From NCBI GenBank assembly GCA_963803435.1, contig CAWDML010000002.1, forward strand, positions 192,001-256,000: a stretch of 64,000 nt of DNA, written 5' to 3'. The DNA comes from an uncultured delta proteobacterium. GTDB lineage: Bacteria; Myxococcota; Kuafuiibacteriia; Kuafuiibacteriales; Kuafuiibacteriaceae. Shown here piece by piece: positions 1 to 8,839 of this stretch. Below the pieces are notes generated by a model that saw nothing but the letters and a program-made list of their open reading frames with translations, was not told the origin of the DNA and did no database searches. The position numbers and the translations under genes are program-made. Every line of letters starts with the position of its first letter. The first letter of the stretch is position 1.

Positions 1-2
1 AG

Positions 3-1835
3 GGAGAGGCCGAGGTGCAGAGCGTTCGCCACGACTCGGACGTCGCGCTCTATAAGCCGCACGCCGAGTGCCTCCTGGCGGGTACCGCACACGCGCCCCG
101 AGGGAGGCCGGTCGGGGTGCTCCCGGTGCTGTTCCAGGTGGGGCCCGTCTCGAAGCGGCTGGCCGTGATCGGCGACCGCGAGTGGAAGCGCGGCTTGCTC
201 GGACGCACCTCGAGCGAGCCGCTGCCGTTCGCGTCGATGCCGCTGGTCCTCGAGCGGGCCTTCGGCGGCAAAGGCTTCGGGCCGAACCCCCTCGGCGTGG
301 GCCACGAGCCGTCGGACGCCCGCTGGGCGCTGCCGAACCTCGAGGATCCGGCGCACCTGATCGACTCTCCGCGCGCGCGGCCCGACCCGGCCTGCTTCGC
401 GCCCATCCCGCGCATGTTCGCGTCCCGCCTCCGCCTGGCGGGGACGTTCGACGAGCAGTGGAAGGCCACCCGCTGGCCCGGTCTTCCCGAGGACTTCGAC
501 TTCGCCTACTTCAACGCGGCCCCGATCGATCAGCGGATCGAGGGGTGGTTCCGGGGCGACGAGGAGATCGTGCTCGAGAACCTCCACCCGGATCACGCGC
601 GCCTGGCCACCCGCCTCCCGGGGCTCACGCCGCGCTGCTTCCTCGACGACCGCGAGGTCACGCTGGTGCTCGACACGATCACTGTCGACGCCGACCTGGG
701 CCGGATCTTCTGCCTCTGGCGCGGACACGCCGAGGTGGAGGACGAGCACCTGGCGAGCGTCGGGTACCTTCACCTGGTCGACGAGCGCCCCGGGGAGACG
801 ACGGCCGCGGCAGCGTATCGCGCGCGGCTGGCCGAGCGGACCGCCGCCGACGCGATCGCGCCGGTCGCGCCGCCGGCCGCGCTCTCTTTGCCGATCTTCC
901 CGGCGGAGGACGCGGCGCGCCTCCGGTCCGAGGTGCAGGCGCGGCTCGCCGCGAAGGAGAGCCTCGCCGGGCGCGATCTGACGGGCGCCGATCTCTCGGG
1001 GCTGAGGCTGGCGGCGGTCGATCTCACCTCGGCGATCCTGACCGGGGCGCGACTCGAGCGCGCCGTCCTCACCGGGGCGCGGCTCGATCGTGCCGTGCTG
1101 GCCGGTGCGCGGGCGGCCGGTGCCGATCTCTCGTCGGCCTCGCTGGTGAACGCCGATCTCACCCGCATCGAAGCCGGCGGTGCGCGCTTCGACGGCGCCG
1201 ATCTCTCGGGCGCGCTGCTCGAGGAGGGCGGCTTCGGGTCCGCCACCTTCTGCAAGGCGAGTTGCGTCAAGACCGAGATGACGAAGGCCGACCTCTCCCG
1301 GGCCGACTTCTCCGGCGCCGACCTGAGCGAGGCCGATTTGGCGGGCGCGCGCCTCGACGGCGGCGTGTTCGAGGGCGCGACGCTCACCGAGGCCGGCCTC
1401 GAGGAGACCTCGGCGCTGGGCGCGCGCTTCGCGGGCGCGGACCTCTCCCGCGCCAAGGGGAGAGCGGGACGTTTCGCCGGGGCCAGCTTCACCGGCGTCG
1501 TCGCGGAGGCGGCGCGATTTCGGGAGGCCAACCTCGACGGCGCCGATCTCTCCGGCGCCCGGCTGTCGTCGATCGATCTCAGCGGCGCCTCGCTGGCGGG
1601 GGCGACGCTGGTGGGGTGCGCGCTGCGCGGGGCCCGCTTCACCGGCGCCAGGCTGACCGGCGCCAAGCTCTGTGGGTCCGACCTGTTCGAGGCCAGCTTC
1701 GAGGCCGCGGATCTGACGCGGGCCGATCTGAGCGGGTCGAGCTGCTTCGGCGCGGAGCTCTGGAAGGCGAAGGTCGAGTCCACGGTCCTCGACGGCGCCG
1801 ATCTCGACCGCACCAAGCTCGCGGGGAGTCGATGA
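3..1835 (+). CDS. DUF2169 T6SS adaptor domain fused to pentapeptide repeats (TagAB-like); 5' end lies upstream of the window
   Basis: YKP..ECLLAGTAHAP, ERAFGG, NPLGVG, LPNLEDP and YFNAAPIDQ are DUF2169 motifs, followed by A(D/N)LxxA pentapeptide repeats; frame is open to the window edge. Confidence 0.88.
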   Translation, partial: GEAEVQSVRHDSDVALYKPHAECLLAGTAHAPRGRPVGVLPVLFQVGPVSKRLAVIGDREWKRGLLGRTSSEPLPFASMPLVLERAFGGKGFGPNPLGVGHEPSDARWALPNLEDPAHLIDSPRARPDPACFAPIPRMFASRLRLAGTFDEQWKATRWPGLPEDFDFAYFNAAPIDQRIEGWFRGDEEIVLENLHPDHARLATRLPGLTPRCFLDDREVTLVLDTITVDADLGRIFCLWRGHAEVEDEHLASVGYLHLVDERPGETTAAAAYRARLAERTAADAIAPVAPPAALSLPIFPAEDAARLRSEVQARLAAKESLAGRDLTGADLSGLRLAAVDLTSAILTGARLERAVLTGARLDRAVLAGARAAGADLSSASLVNADLTRIEAGGARFDGADLSGALLEEGGFGSATFCKASCVKTEMTKADLSRADFSGADLSEADLAGARLDGGVFEGATLTEAGLEETSALGARFAGADLSRAKGRAGRFAGASFTGVVAEAARFREANLDGADLSGARLSSIDLSGASLAGATLVGCALRGARFTGARLTGAKLCGSDLFEASFEAADLTRADLSGSSCFGAELWKAKVESTVLDGADLDRTKLAGSR

Positions 1836-2957
1836 TGGAGCTTCACACGCTGGACGATCTGCTCTCCTTTCACCGCGCGGGGCGCCCGCTCGACGGCGCG
1901 CGGATCGCTGGTGTCTCGCTGGCGGGCGTCGATCTCTCCGGCGTCTCGATGCAGAACGCCGATCTCTCCCGGGCGGTCCTCGACGGTGCCCTCCTCGGAG
2001 GCGCCAATCTTCGCGGCGCGCGGTTCGGCGGGACCAGCCTCAAGGGCGCGATCCTCTCGGGATCGGACCTCGGCCAGGCCGACCTCGCCGGGTGCGACCT
2101 CACCGGATCCGATCTGGCCCGCGCCGACCTGACGGGCGCGTCGCTGTCGGGCGCCCGGCTGGTGAACGCGCTCCTGACCGAGATCTCGGCGGTCGGCGTC
2201 GACCTCTCCGGCGCCGAGCTCGACGACGCGCTCCTCGCCGGCGCCGATCTGTCTCGCGGTCGCCTTCCCGGGGCCCGGCTGGCCGGCGCGGTGATGACCG
2301 GGACCCTCCTCGCCGGCGCGGACCTGACCGGCGCCGATCTGACCGGCGCCGACCTGAGCGGCGTCGATCTCCCGCGTCGCCAAGCTCTCGGGCGCCCGGC
2401 TGGTCCAGCTGGCGGCGGCCGGCGTGGACGCCTCGGGGGCGGACCTCTCGTCGCTTTCGCTGGTCGATGCGGACCTCGGGGGCGCGGATCTCCGCGGCGC
2501 CAACCTGGGTGGCGCCGATCTGACCCGGGCCAGCCTGGCCGGGGCCCGCCTCGAGCGCGCGACCCTGACCGCCTGCCGGGCGATCCACGCCGACCTCTCG
2601 GGCGCTGATCTCACCGGCGCGGACCTCTCGGGCGCCGACCTCACGGAGGCGCAGCTGATCGGCGCGGTCCTCCGCTCGGTGCAGGCGGCCAAGGTCCGGC
2701 TCGATCGCGCGATCCTCGACGGCGCCTCGCTGGCCGGCGCGGTCTTGGCCGGCTGTCGGGCGAGGGGCGCGCGGTTCGCCCACGCGAACCTCGAGGGGAC
2801 CGACTTCTCCGGAAGCGATCTGACCGGCGCCGCGTTCCATCGGGCGATGGAGGCGGGGGTGCGGTTCGACGGGGCGAAGCTGGAGCGGACGACCCGCACG
2901 GATCCGGCGTTGGCGCGGGCCGAGGACTTTCGTCCTGCGCCCGTGAAAGGTGGCTAA
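1832..2957 (+). CDS. Pentapeptide repeat protein (TagB-like), apparent frameshift near 2375
   Basis: MMELHTLDD... starts at an ATGA overlap; continuous ADLxGA repeats switch from the frame of ORF 68..2608 to ORF 2424..2957. Confidence 0.8.
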
Positions 2958-3384
2958 CTATATGTATGGGACGGCGATGACGACGGCGGACGGTGCGAGC
3001 GCGCGGGTCGAGGGCCTGCGGGGCGAGGAGCGCCTCTCGGTGCGGGCCCCCGACGGCCGGGTGCTCTTCGAGTATCACGCGGACGGCAGCGGGCGGTGCG
3101 TGGTCTACGCGCCGGCGAAGGACCTGGAGCTCAAGGTCGAGGGTCGGATCCGGATCGAGGCCGGCGAGCAGATCGAGCTCGACGCCCGGGCCATCCACGT
3201 CCGCGCCGACCGCTGGATCGAGCGGCTGGTGAACGCGTACCGCGAGGTCGAGGAGCTGTCGCAGACGCAGGCCGGTCGAATCCGGACCCTGGCGCGGGAG
3301 ACCTTCCAGCTGCTCGGCGGCCGGGTGGTGCTGAAGGCCGAGGGCGACATGAAGGTGAAGGGCGCCAAGATCCACCTGGCGTGA
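2950..3384 (+). CDS. DUF3540-family protein (TagC-like)
   Basis: C-terminal VEELSQTQAGRIRTL...KVKGAKIHLA is typical; lies between the pentapeptide and PAAR-like genes. Confidence 0.7.
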   Translation: MANYMYGTAMTTADGASARVEGLRGEERLSVRAPDGRVLFEYHADGSGRCVVYAPAKDLELKVEGRIRIEAGEQIELDARAIHVRADRWIERLVNAYREVEELSQTQAGRIRTLARETFQLLGGRVVLKAEGDMKVKGAKIHLA

Positions 3385-3396
3385 GAGGAGGCTCGG

Positions 3397-3807
3397 ATGT
3401 TCGCTTCGACCAAGATGGGCGGGATCTGCTTCGCGTTCCCGGACGTGTGCAAGGTGCCTGCGCCGCCGGCGCCTCCGATCCCGGTGCCCTTTCCCAACAT
3501 CGGCCAGTGCCCGATGGCCCTGGCGCCGACCTGCTCGCTCAAGGTGAAGATCCTCAACCAGCCGGTCCTCACCACGAATTCGAAGATCCTGAGGACCAAC
3601 GGCGATGAGGCCGGCGTGGCTGGAGGGGTGATCTCCCAGACCTTCGGCGACCAGGCGGCCTACGCGATGGGCTCGACGAAGGTGCAGGTCGAAGGCAGCC
3701 CGGTGGTCATGGCCTTCAAGATGACGCGCCAGAACGGAGCCAACGCCAACGCGCCGGCGGGGGCCCAGATCGCGCCCAGCCAGACCAAGGTCCTCGTCTT
3801 GAGCTAA
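3397..3807 (+). CDS. PAAR-like DUF4150 spike-tip protein (TagD-like)
   Basis: AFPDVCKVPAPPAPPIPVPFPN, GDEAGVAGGV and APSQTKV motifs; GAGGAGG RBS. Confidence 0.9.
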   Translation: MFASTKMGGICFAFPDVCKVPAPPAPPIPVPFPNIGQCPMALAPTCSLKVKILNQPVLTTNSKILRTNGDEAGVAGGVISQTFGDQAAYAMGSTKVQVEGSPVVMAFKMTRQNGANANAPAGAQIAPSQTKVLVLS

Positions 3808-3850
3808 TGTCCAAAACGCGTTACATCGACACACCCTCCCGGGTTCAAAG

Positions 3851-4873
3851 ATGATCGCGGTTGAAAGGTTGCTGCAGGCTGTCGACACGGACCCGCCTTG
3901 CGGGCCGAACCTCGAGTACGACGCCGCCTACCTCGAGCTCGAGCGCCTGGCGAAGGGCCGGCCCGAGCAGCAGATGGGGGACACCGTCAACGAGGCGGAG
4001 GAGCCGGACTGGCCGAAGGTCGCGTCGCAGGCGGCGGCGCTGCTCGAGTCCTCGAAGGACCTGCGGGTCGCGCTGCTCCTCACGCGCGCGCTCCTGAGGA
4101 CGCGGGGCTGGGCCGGCCTCGCCGAGGGCCTCGCGATCGTCGCCGGGTTGCTCGATCTCTACTGGGACCACCTCCACCCGCAGCTCGATCCGGACGACGA
4201 CAACGATCCGATCATGCGTATCAACGCCCTGGCCGGGCTGACCGACGCCGCCACCGTGCTGGCGTGGGTGCGCGCGACCCCGCTGGTCCGCGTCCGCGCG
4301 CTCGGGAGCTACACGCTCCGCGATCTGGCGCTGGTGACCGGAGAGCTCTCGCCGGCCGAGGGCGAGAGCGCGCCCGACGCGGCGTCGATCGAGGCCGCCT
4401 TCGCCGCGGTCGAGCTCGACGAGCTGTCGGCGACGGCGCAGGCGGCGGCGGCGGCGCGCGATCACCTGGCGAGCATCGAGTCGATCACGACCGAGCGGGC
4501 CGGCGTGGGGATGGGCGCCGATCTCTCGAAGCTGCGCGTCCTGCTCGATCAGGCGGTCAAGACGCTCGATCAGCGCCTGGTCCAGCGCGGCGCCACCGGC
4601 AACTCGAGCACAGCGGCGGGCGCGCCGGCCAACGGCGCCGGGAGCGCGGCGCCCTTGAGCGGCGTGGTCGCCTCGCGGGAGCAGGTGGTCGAGGCCCTCG
4701 ACAAGATCATCGCGTACTACGAGCGGAACGAGCCCTCGAGCCCGATCCCGCTGCTCTTGACGCGCTGCAAGCGGTTGGTCCGCATGACCTTCATGGACAT
4801 CGTACGCGACATCGCACCCGACGCCGTCTCGGCGGTGGAAGCGCTGCGGGGTCGAATCGAGCAAGGAGATTAA
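3851..4873 (+). CDS. tssA: T6SS TssA (ImpA N-terminal domain)
   Basis: PCGPNLEYD, EEPDW, SKDLRV, YWDHLHPQLD and the C-terminal EPSSPIPLLL motif. Confidence 0.93.
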   Translation: MIAVERLLQAVDTDPPCGPNLEYDAAYLELERLAKGRPEQQMGDTVNEAEEPDWPKVASQAAALLESSKDLRVALLLTRALLRTRGWAGLAEGLAIVAGLLDLYWDHLHPQLDPDDDNDPIMRINALAGLTDAATVLAWVRATPLVRVRALGSYTLRDLALVTGELSPAEGESAPDAASIEAAFAAVELDELSATAQAAAAARDHLASIESITTERAGVGMGADLSKLRVLLDQAVKTLDQRLVQRGATGNSSTAAGAPANGAGSAAPLSGVVASREQVVEALDKIIAYYERNEPSSPIPLLLTRCKRLVRMTFMDIVRDIAPDAVSAVEALRGRIEQGD

Positions 4874-4876
4874 CGG

Positions 4877-5380
4877 ATGAGTGGTCAGAAATTCATCGCC
4901 CGGAACCGCGCCCCGCGCGTGCAGATCGAGTACGACGTCGAGCTGTACGGCGCGCAGAAGAAGATCCAGCTCCCCTTCGTGATGGGCGTGATGGCGGATC
5001 TGTCGGGGGCCTCCGAGGTGAAGCCGGCGCCCCTCGCGGACCGCAAGTTCCTCGAGATCTCGGTCGACAACTTCGACGACCGGCTGAAGGCGATGAAGCC
5101 GCGGGTCGCGTTCCAGGTGCCGAACACGCTCACCGGCGAGGGCAACCTCAACGTCGAGCTGACGTTCGAGAGCATGGACGACTTCTCGCCGGCGGCGATC
5201 GCCCAGAAGGTCGGCGCGCTGAGCCAGCTGCTCCAGGCGCGGCAGCAGCTCGCCAACCTGGTCACGTACATGGACGGCAAGAGCGGCGCCGAGGATCTGA
5301 TCGCCAAGGTGCTCTCGGATCCGACGCTCCTACAGGCGGTCGCGTCGACGCCGAACCCCGACAAGAAGGAAGGCGAGTGA
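4877..5380 (+). CDS. tssB: T6SS sheath small subunit TssB
   Basis: RAPRVQIEYDVE, LPFVMGVMADLSG, FESMDDFSP. Confidence 0.96.
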   Translation: MSGQKFIARNRAPRVQIEYDVELYGAQKKIQLPFVMGVMADLSGASEVKPAPLADRKFLEISVDNFDDRLKAMKPRVAFQVPNTLTGEGNLNVELTFESMDDFSPAAIAQKVGALSQLLQARQQLANLVTYMDGKSGAEDLIAKVLSDPTLLQAVASTPNPDKKEGE

Positions 5381-5383
5381 GTC

Positions 5384-6877
5384 ATGGCTGACGCGCAAGA
5401 GAGTGGACAGCAGGCCGAGGCCGGGACCGTCGAGGCGAGCGAGTTCGCGTCGCTGCTCCAGAAGGAGTTCCGGCCCCAGACCGATCGCGCCAAGGAGGAG
5501 GTCGAGAAGGCCGTCCGCACGCTGGCCGAGCAGGCGCTCCAGACCTCCGTGGTCGTCTCCGCCGACGTGGTCGAGACCATCAAGGCGATGATCGCCGAGA
5601 TCGACAAGAAGCTGACCGAGCAGATCAACCAGATCCTGCACCACGCCGAGTTCCAGAAGCTCGAGGGCGCGTGGCGCGGGCTGCATCACCTGGTCAACAA
5701 CACCGAGACCGACGAGATGCTGAAGATCCGCGTCATGAACATCTCCAAGAAGGATCTTCACAAGACGCTCAAGAAGTTCAAGGGCGCCGCCTGGGATCAG
5801 AGCCCGCTCTTCAAGAAGCTCTACGAGGAAGAGTACGGCCAGCTCGGCGGCGAGCCCTACGGCTGCCTGGTCGGCGACTACTACTTCGATCACAGCCCGC
5901 CGGACGTGGAGCTGCTGGGCGAGATCGCGAAGATCAGCGCCGCCGCCCACTGCCCGTTCATCGCGGGCACCGGCTCGGCGGTGATGCAGATGGAGTCGTG
6001 GCAGGAGCTCGGCAACCCGCGCGATCTGACCAAGATCTTCTCGACGCCCGAGTACGCGGCCTGGCGCTCGCTGCGCGAGTCGGAGGACGCCCGCTACGTC
6101 GGCCTGACCATGCCGCGCTTCCTGGCGCGCCAGCCCTACGGCGCCAAGACCAACCCGGTCGAGGAGTTCGACTTCGAGGAGGATGTGGCCGGCACCGACG
6201 CCGGGAAGTACTGCTGGGCCAACTCGGCCTACGCGATGGCCGTCAACATCAACCGCTCGTTCAAGCTGTACGGCTGGTGCTCGCGCATCCGCGGCATCGA
6301 GTCGGGCGGGGCGGTCGAGGGGCTGCCCACCCACACCTTCCCGACCGACGACGGCGGCGTCGACATGAAGTGCCCGACCGAGATCGCCATCTGCGACCGG
6401 CGCGAGGCCGAGCTGGCGAAGAACGGCTTCATGCCGCTCATCCACAAGAAGAACACCGACTTCGCGGCCTTCATCGGCGCGCAGTCGCTGCACAAGCCGG
6501 CCGCGTACGACGACCCCGACGCCACCGCGAACGCCAACCTGGCGGCGCGGCTGCCCTACCTGTTCGCCACCTGTCGGTTCGCGCACTACCTCAAGTGCAT
6601 CGTCCGCGACAAGGTCGGCTCCTTCAAGGAGCGCGACGACATGCAGAACTGGCTGCAGGAGTGGATCACGCAGTACGTCGACGGCGATCCGGCGCACTCG
6701 AGCGAGGAGACCAAGGCGGAGAAGCCGCTGGCGGCGGCCGAGGTGGTGGTGGAGGAGGTGGAAGGCAATCCCGGGTACTACTCGGCCAAGTTCTTCCTCC
6801 GGCCGCACTACCAGCTCGAAGGCTTGACGGTCTCCCTCCGGCTCGTCTCGAAGCTGCCGTCTGCGAAGGCAGGCTAG
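5384..6877 (+). CDS. tssC: T6SS sheath large subunit TssC
   Basis: FQKLEGAWRGL, EEEYGQLGGEP, KCPTEIAI, RFAHYLK, FLRPHYQLEG. Confidence 0.97.
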   Translation: MADAQESGQQAEAGTVEASEFASLLQKEFRPQTDRAKEEVEKAVRTLAEQALQTSVVVSADVVETIKAMIAEIDKKLTEQINQILHHAEFQKLEGAWRGLHHLVNNTETDEMLKIRVMNISKKDLHKTLKKFKGAAWDQSPLFKKLYEEEYGQLGGEPYGCLVGDYYFDHSPPDVELLGEIAKISAAAHCPFIAGTGSAVMQMESWQELGNPRDLTKIFSTPEYAAWRSLRESEDARYVGLTMPRFLARQPYGAKTNPVEEFDFEEDVAGTDAGKYCWANSAYAMAVNINRSFKLYGWCSRIRGIESGGAVEGLPTHTFPTDDGGVDMKCPTEIAICDRREAELAKNGFMPLIHKKNTDFAAFIGAQSLHKPAAYDDPDATANANLAARLPYLFATCRFAHYLKCIVRDKVGSFKERDDMQNWLQEWITQYVDGDPAHSSEETKAEKPLAAAEVVVEEVEGNPGYYSAKFFLRPHYQLEGLTVSLRLVSKLPSAKAG

Positions 6878-6936
6878 GACGTAACAGGTGACGTCACGCC
6901 CGAGGGGCGAATCGGCTTCTTCAGAACCAAAGACAC

Positions 6937-6952
6937 TGGCACACCGCTCGCA
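6937..6952 (+). promoter_or_regulatory. Putative sigma-54 (-24/-12) promoter for hcp
   Basis: TGGCACACCGCTCGCA matches TGGCAC-N5-TTGCW with exact GG/GC spacing, about 60 bp upstream of hcp. Confidence 0.65.
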
Positions 6953-7014
6953 CTAGCTCCGGTCGTCCAGTTCGAACCCAACGCAAGGCGCCACGGCGCA
7001 CAAGGAGAGTGGAT

Positions 7015-7506
7015 ATGGCTACCGATATGTTTCTGAAGCTCGGCGACATCAAGGGTGAGTCGGTTGATTCGGGACACACCAACGAGATCGACATCCTGGC
7101 CTGGAGCTGGGGCGCCTCGCAGAGCGGAACGACGCATCAGGGCACCGGCGGCGGCGCCGGCAAGGTCAACGTGCAGGACCTCTCGTTCACCAAGTGGATC
7201 GACAAGGCCACGCCGATCCTCCTCAAGCACTGCTGCGACGGCACGCACATCAACGAGGCCGTGCTGACGGTCCGCAAGGCCGGCGGCAAGAAGCCGCTCG
7301 AGTACTACAAGCTCACGCTGCAGGACGTCATCGTGTCGTCGCTCAGCACGGGCGGCTCCGGCGGCGAGGATCGGCTGACCGAGAACGTCACGCTGAACTT
7401 CGCGAAGTTCAAGCTCGAGTACGTGCCGCAGAAGGTCGACGGCTCCGGTGACCCGGCGATCTCGGCGACCTGGAACATCGCCAAGAACACCGAGAAGCTC
7501 GCGTAA
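7015..7506 (+). CDS. hcp: T6SS tube protein Hcp (TssD)
   Basis: DMFLKLGDIKGES, IDILAWSWG, QDLSFTKWIDKATP, ENVTLNFAK; AAGGAG RBS 7 nt before the ATG. Confidence 0.97.
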   Translation: MATDMFLKLGDIKGESVDSGHTNEIDILAWSWGASQSGTTHQGTGGGAGKVNVQDLSFTKWIDKATPILLKHCCDGTHINEAVLTVRKAGGKKPLEYYKLTLQDVIVSSLSTGGSGGEDRLTENVTLNFAKFKLEYVPQKVDGSGDPAISATWNIAKNTEKLA

Positions 7507-7529
7507 TCGAGTCGAGGACCAAAGACGCG

Positions 7530-8333
7530 ATGCTTGCCGAAGAAAGCCTGCGAACGGGCAACCTGGAAGAAGCACTCTCCCACCTGCAGGACCAGGTTCG
7601 GAACGATCCCGACGACGTGCGGCTTCGCGTCTTCCTGTTCCAGCTGCTGTCGGTGCTCGGTCGGTGGGACCGAGCGCTGAAGCAGCTGGACGTCTCCGGG
7701 GAGCTCGACCCGGAGACGATGGCGATGGTGCAGACGTACGAGCCGGCGCTCCGCTGCGAAGCCCTGCGGGCCGAGGTCTTCGCCGGGAAACGGTCGCCGT
7801 TGTTCTTCGGTGAGCCGGAGGAGTGGATGGCCTACCTCCTCTCCGCGCTCCAGCTCACCGCGGCCGGCGACCACGACGAGGCCAAGCGTGTGCGCGAGCT
7901 GGCCTTCGAGAAGGCGCCCGCCACGGCCGGCAAGATCGACGGCCAGCCGTTCCAGTGGATCGCCGACGCCGACAGCCGCCTCGGCCCCATGCTGGAGGCC
8001 ATCGTCCACGGCCGCTACCAGTGGATCCCGTTCTCCCGCCTGCGGGCGGTCCGCATCGAGCCCCCCGCCGACCTCCGGGATCTGGTGTGGGCGCCGGCCT
8101 ATCTCCGGCTCTCCACCGACGCCGAGGTGGTCGCGCTGATCCCGAGCCGCTACCCCGGCTCCGAGGCGTCCGAGGACGCGCTCATCCGCATGGCGAAGAA
8201 GACCGAGTGGCAGGCGCAGCCCGGGGACGCGTTCTTCGGCCTCGGCCAGCGCACGCTCGCGACCGACGCCGGTGACCATCCGCTCCTGGCGGTCCGAGAG
8301 ATCGAGCTCGAGGTCGCGCTCGCCGATGGCTGA
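7530..8333 (+). CDS. tagJ: T6SS accessory protein TagJ (ImpE/SciE)
   Basis: LFQLLSVLGRWDRA, FQWIADADSRLGPMLE, DLRDLVW, LIPSRYP. Confidence 0.92.
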   Translation: MLAEESLRTGNLEEALSHLQDQVRNDPDDVRLRVFLFQLLSVLGRWDRALKQLDVSGELDPETMAMVQTYEPALRCEALRAEVFAGKRSPLFFGEPEEWMAYLLSALQLTAAGDHDEAKRVRELAFEKAPATAGKIDGQPFQWIADADSRLGPMLEAIVHGRYQWIPFSRLRAVRIEPPADLRDLVWAPAYLRLSTDAEVVALIPSRYPGSEASEDALIRMAKKTEWQAQPGDAFFGLGQRTLATDAGDHPLLAVREIELEVALADG

Positions 8334-8832
8334 GCTCACCCACAAGGAGCGGCTCCAGCCGTCGCTGCTCGATCGGTTGACTGACGACGAGCCCGACAAG
8401 AAGCAGGAGTCCCGCACCCAGCGCGTGCTGAGCCCGAGCAAGCTGCGCGAGAGCGTGCGCCGCGATCTCGGCTGGCTCTTCAACACCACCAACCTCGCGT
8501 CGATGCGGCCCGAGATCCTGGCCACGCCGGAGGTGGCGAGGTCGGTCGTCAACTTCGGGCTCCCGGACCTGGCCGGGCACACCGCGTCGAGCGTCGACGT
8601 CCCGGTGCTGGAGCGCGTCTTGCGCGAGGTGATCTGGGACTTCGAGCCGCGCCTCCTCAAGAGCTCGGTCAAGGTCACGATCCTCGTCGACGAGGACGAG
8701 ATGAGCCACAACACCATGGGCTTCACCGTCGAGGCGATCCTGTGGGCGCAACCTCTCCCGCTGCGGCTGTTCCTCAAGTCCGAGATCGATCTCGAGACCG
8801 GCTCCATCTCCGTCGACGAGCTCAGGGAGTGA
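8326..8832 (+). CDS. tssE: T6SS baseplate TssE
   Basis: ERLQPSLLDRLTD, RDLGWLFNT, SVVNFGLPD, FEPRL. Confidence 0.93.
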   Translation: MAELTHKERLQPSLLDRLTDDEPDKKQESRTQRVLSPSKLRESVRRDLGWLFNTTNLASMRPEILATPEVARSVVNFGLPDLAGHTASSVDVPVLERVLREVIWDFEPRLLKSSVKVTILVDEDEMSHNTMGFTVEAILWAQPLPLRLFLKSEIDLETGSISVDELRE

Positions 8833-8839
8833 GGCCGAA

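Noticed and set aside
900-2900. Strong 15-bp periodicity
   Set aside because: Explained by pentapeptide-repeat coding.
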